From Nitrospirota bacterium (lineage in GTDB: Bacteria > Nitrospirota > UBA9217), in contig CAWBNQ010000001.1 of NCBI GenBank assembly GCA_963790205.1, positions 288,001 to 352,000 of the forward strand: 64,000 bases of DNA, in the 5' to 3' direction. Shown one piece after another: positions 61,326-64,000 of this stretch (position 1 is the stretch's first letter; every line of letters starts with the position of its first letter). Below the pieces are notes generated by a model. It did not search any database. It saw only the letters and a program-made list of their open reading frames with translations, and was not told the DNA's origin. The translations under genes were made by a program, and so were the position numbers.

Positions 61326-62789
61326 ATGCTGTTCAACTCATACGAATACATGTTCGTTTTCCTGCCCCTGGCGGTCGTCATCTACTTTCTGCTCAACCGG
61401 CGCCGGTATACGAAGGCGGCCACGACCTGGCTCGTCCTCGCCTCGCTCGTCTTTTACAGCTGGTGGAACGTCAAATACCTGGCCCTGATCATCATCAGCG
61501 TCCTCGTCAATTTCGGCGCCGGCTCGGCACTGGCCGGCACGGGAAGGCGCCGTCCGGACGACCGCTCCCGGAAATACGTCCTGCTTGCCGGCATTCTTTT
61601 TAATATACTTCTGCTCGGCTACTATAAATATTCCGGCTTCTTTGTCGCCAACCTCAACGCTCTCACGGGTCTCAACATCACGCTGCAGAAGGTCATCCTG
61701 CCACTCGGGATCAGCTTCTTCACCTTTACCCAGATCGCCTATCTGGTGGACACGTATAAAGGCACTGCCCGTGAATACGATTTTCTCAATTATTCCCTGT
61801 TCGTCACGTTTTTCCCACATCTGCTTGCCGGGCCCATCATCCACCACAAGGAAATGATGCCGCAGTTTGCAAGCGTTCGCAACAAGGTCCTGAATTATCG
61901 GAACCTGTCGCTCGGCCTGTTCCTTTTTTTTATCGGCCTGTTTAAAAAGATCGTTATAGCGGACCAGCTCGCTCCGGTCGCAAATGCCGGGTTCGACGCC
62001 ATGAAGTCCCTGACGTTCGTCGAGGCCTGGGTCACGAGCCTGTCGTATACCCTTCAGCTCTATTTTGACTTCTCCGCATACACCGACATGGCGCTGGGCG
62101 CGGCCTTGCTGTTCAATATCAGGCTCCCGTTCAATTTCAATTCGCCGTACAAGGCCCTGGACATCGCCGATTTCTGGCGGCGCTGGCATATGACCCTGAG
62201 CCGCTTCCTCCGGGATTATATCTATATCCCGCTCGGCGGCAACAGAGAGGGGACCGTTAAAACGTACCGAAACCTGATGGCGACATTCCTCATCGGAGGC
62301 CTGTGGCACGGCGCGGGCTGGACCTTTATCTTCTGGGGCTTTTTGCACGGCGCCGGGACCCTGATTCACCGTGCCTGGTCCCGGATGAACGTCCGGCTGC
62401 CCCGCGTGCTCGCCTGGTTCATTACGTTCAACTTCGTGAACGTCGCGTGGGTTTTTTTCAGGGCCCGGTCGTGGCCGGATGCGATAAAAGTGGTGAAAGG
62501 GATGGCCGGGGTCAACGGCGTGATGCTTCCGCAGGGCGCTGCGGCAAAACTGGGCTTTATTCGGAAATACGGAGTAACGTTCGGCGAGATGTTCTTTAAG
62601 AATATCCACCACAACGCATGGGTTCTCCTCATAGTTTTACTGGCCGTCTCCGTCCTTGCGAAAAACTCCGATGAGCTGGCGAAAGAATTCCGGCCGGGGT
62701 GGACCTCCTTTGCGCTCGTTGTCGCAATCACGGTCTACTCGCTTTTGAGCATGGACAAAGTGTCCGAATTCCTCTATTTTAATTTTTAG
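61326..62789 (+). CDS. MBOAT family O-acyltransferase (AlgI/DltB-like)
   Basis: LPLGISFFTF, DFSAYTDMA, FWRRWH, GLWHG, FLYFNF. Confidence 0.95.
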   Translation: MLFNSYEYMFVFLPLAVVIYFLLNRRRYTKAATTWLVLASLVFYSWWNVKYLALIIISVLVNFGAGSALAGTGRRRPDDRSRKYVLLAGILFNILLLGYYKYSGFFVANLNALTGLNITLQKVILPLGISFFTFTQIAYLVDTYKGTAREYDFLNYSLFVTFFPHLLAGPIIHHKEMMPQFASVRNKVLNYRNLSLGLFLFFIGLFKKIVIADQLAPVANAGFDAMKSLTFVEAWVTSLSYTLQLYFDFSAYTDMALGAALLFNIRLPFNFNSPYKALDIADFWRRWHMTLSRFLRDYIYIPLGGNREGTVKTYRNLMATFLIGGLWHGAGWTFIFWGFLHGAGTLIHRAWSRMNVRLPRVLAWFITFNFVNVAWVFFRARSWPDAIKVVKGMAGVNGVMLPQGAAAKLGFIRKYGVTFGEMFFKNIHHNAWVLLIVLLAVSVLAKNSDELAKEFRPGWTSFALVVAITVYSLLSMDKVSEFLYFNF

Positions 62790-62820
62790 ATTGTGAATGT
62801 TAGATTGTGAATGTTAGATT

Positions 62821-63882
62821 ATGAATATGACCAAGCATAGGACGTGGGCGTTTGCGTTCCTGGCGGTCCTGGCGGCTTTTCTGGCGGCGAATTTCGTTAT
62901 CTGGAAAAGCTTTACCGCGGACATGCTGAATGCAGGGGAGTACGTTACTCCCGATCTCGTCCGGCTGGCGTATATTTCCGGATCGACATTGCGCAGAAAG
63001 GCGGGGTGCACGCTGCCGAAACGGCACATCGAAAGCGCGGAATTTTCAGGCCAGCGAGTGGACGTCCTGACGATCGGAGACTCCTTTTCCAATAAAGGAG
63101 AGGTCGGGCCGAATCAGCTCTATCAGGACTGGCTGGCAACGGAGCACAACCTGACGGTCGTGAATGTGCGTCCGCTCAACGGCCTGGACGAGTTCGAAAC
63201 CCTTATCGTGTTGCTGAACAGCGGCTACCTCGACCTGGTGCGACCGCGCGCGGTCATTCTGGAAACCGCAGAACGGTACTGCATCGGCAGATACACCGGG
63301 GGCGTTGATTTCGGCCTTACGAAACCGCGTGAAGAGATCGAAGAACAGTATGGAAGGCCCGAGGGAAAACACAGCCTGCCCGTAATGAGCTTTGTAAATA
63401 TGAGCAATGTCAAGTTCCTGGCCAACAGCATCCTGTACAAATTTTCGGCAAACGCGTTTTTTTCGCAGGTCTACATCAAAGACCTCTCCGCCCCGTTTTT
63501 CAGCGTTCCCCGGGCCCGGCGGCTGCTTTTTTTTCGCGAAGAACTGAGCAGCATCCCTTTCGCCACCGCGCGCTCGGTCGGGGTGCTCAATGAAAACCTG
63601 AATGTGCTGGCCCAACGAATGAAACAGAAGGGGATTACCCTCTATTTCATGCCGGCGGCGAACAAATACACCATCTACAGCGATTATATCGTCGATAATC
63701 CTTATCCCAGAAGCGTCTTTTTCGAACTGCTGCGCGGACTGCCGAAACACTATGTCTTTGTGGACACCAAAGCGATTCTGCTCGAGGAAGTAAAAAAAGG
63801 CGAGAAAGACGTTTACTATCCCGATGATACCCATTGGAGCTGGAAGGCATCGAAGAAAATCGCCGAGAGCATGAAGTTCTGA
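62821..63882 (+). CDS. AlgJ/AlgX-like SGNH O-acetyltransferase
   Basis: IGDSF, DTHWS; N-terminal anchor; follows the MBOAT gene. Confidence 0.8.
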   Translation: MNMTKHRTWAFAFLAVLAAFLAANFVIWKSFTADMLNAGEYVTPDLVRLAYISGSTLRRKAGCTLPKRHIESAEFSGQRVDVLTIGDSFSNKGEVGPNQLYQDWLATEHNLTVVNVRPLNGLDEFETLIVLLNSGYLDLVRPRAVILETAERYCIGRYTGGVDFGLTKPREEIEEQYGRPEGKHSLPVMSFVNMSNVKFLANSILYKFSANAFFSQVYIKDLSAPFFSVPRARRLLFFREELSSIPFATARSVGVLNENLNVLAQRMKQKGITLYFMPAANKYTIYSDYIVDNPYPRSVFFELLRGLPKHYVFVDTKAILLEEVKKGEKDVYYPDDTHWSWKASKKIAESMKF

Positions 63883-64000
63883 AGGTTGAAACATTACCGT
63901 ATTTGCACGCATTTCCCGAAACGAAATGAAGGTTCGCATAGGCATCCGCGGGGAATGCGCTCACCCAGAATTCACCTGCCCCGCACTCGACTGCGCCCAA

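Overview
Chromosomal window from a moderately GC-rich bacterium. Gene content and style suggest an anaerobic Nitrospirota- or deltaproteobacteria-like lineage, but this is inference only. The housekeeping backbone comprises icd, valS-nadC-birA-coaX-RR-galT, aconitase, bacterioferritin, usp, ilvE, tRNA-Leu(GAG), comM/yifB and an algI/algJ-like pair. There is also a type IV pilus-class chemosensory operon ending in a RomR-like regulator. Three mobile or accessory zones stand out. (1) An intact IS110/IS1111-type element (3970-5392) sits in a REP-like palindrome, and its 3' non-coding end folds into two loops whose unpaired bases match its own target and donor junctions, i.e. a readable bridge/seek RNA. 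(2) The 6-26 kb accessory zone holds two near-identical IS3 copies (in a dead vapC and a dead IS110), a C-terminally extended GlmS behind a sigma54 promoter, and co-oriented ~150-200 bp repeats between cargo genes. (3) A tyrosine recombinase + IS91-type HUH transposase element has symmetric hairpin+GTT ends, a relict copy of its own 3' end upstream, and an attC-like site with cassette-like genes downstream. Four single-base insertions in otherwise intact conserved genes look like sequencing errors.
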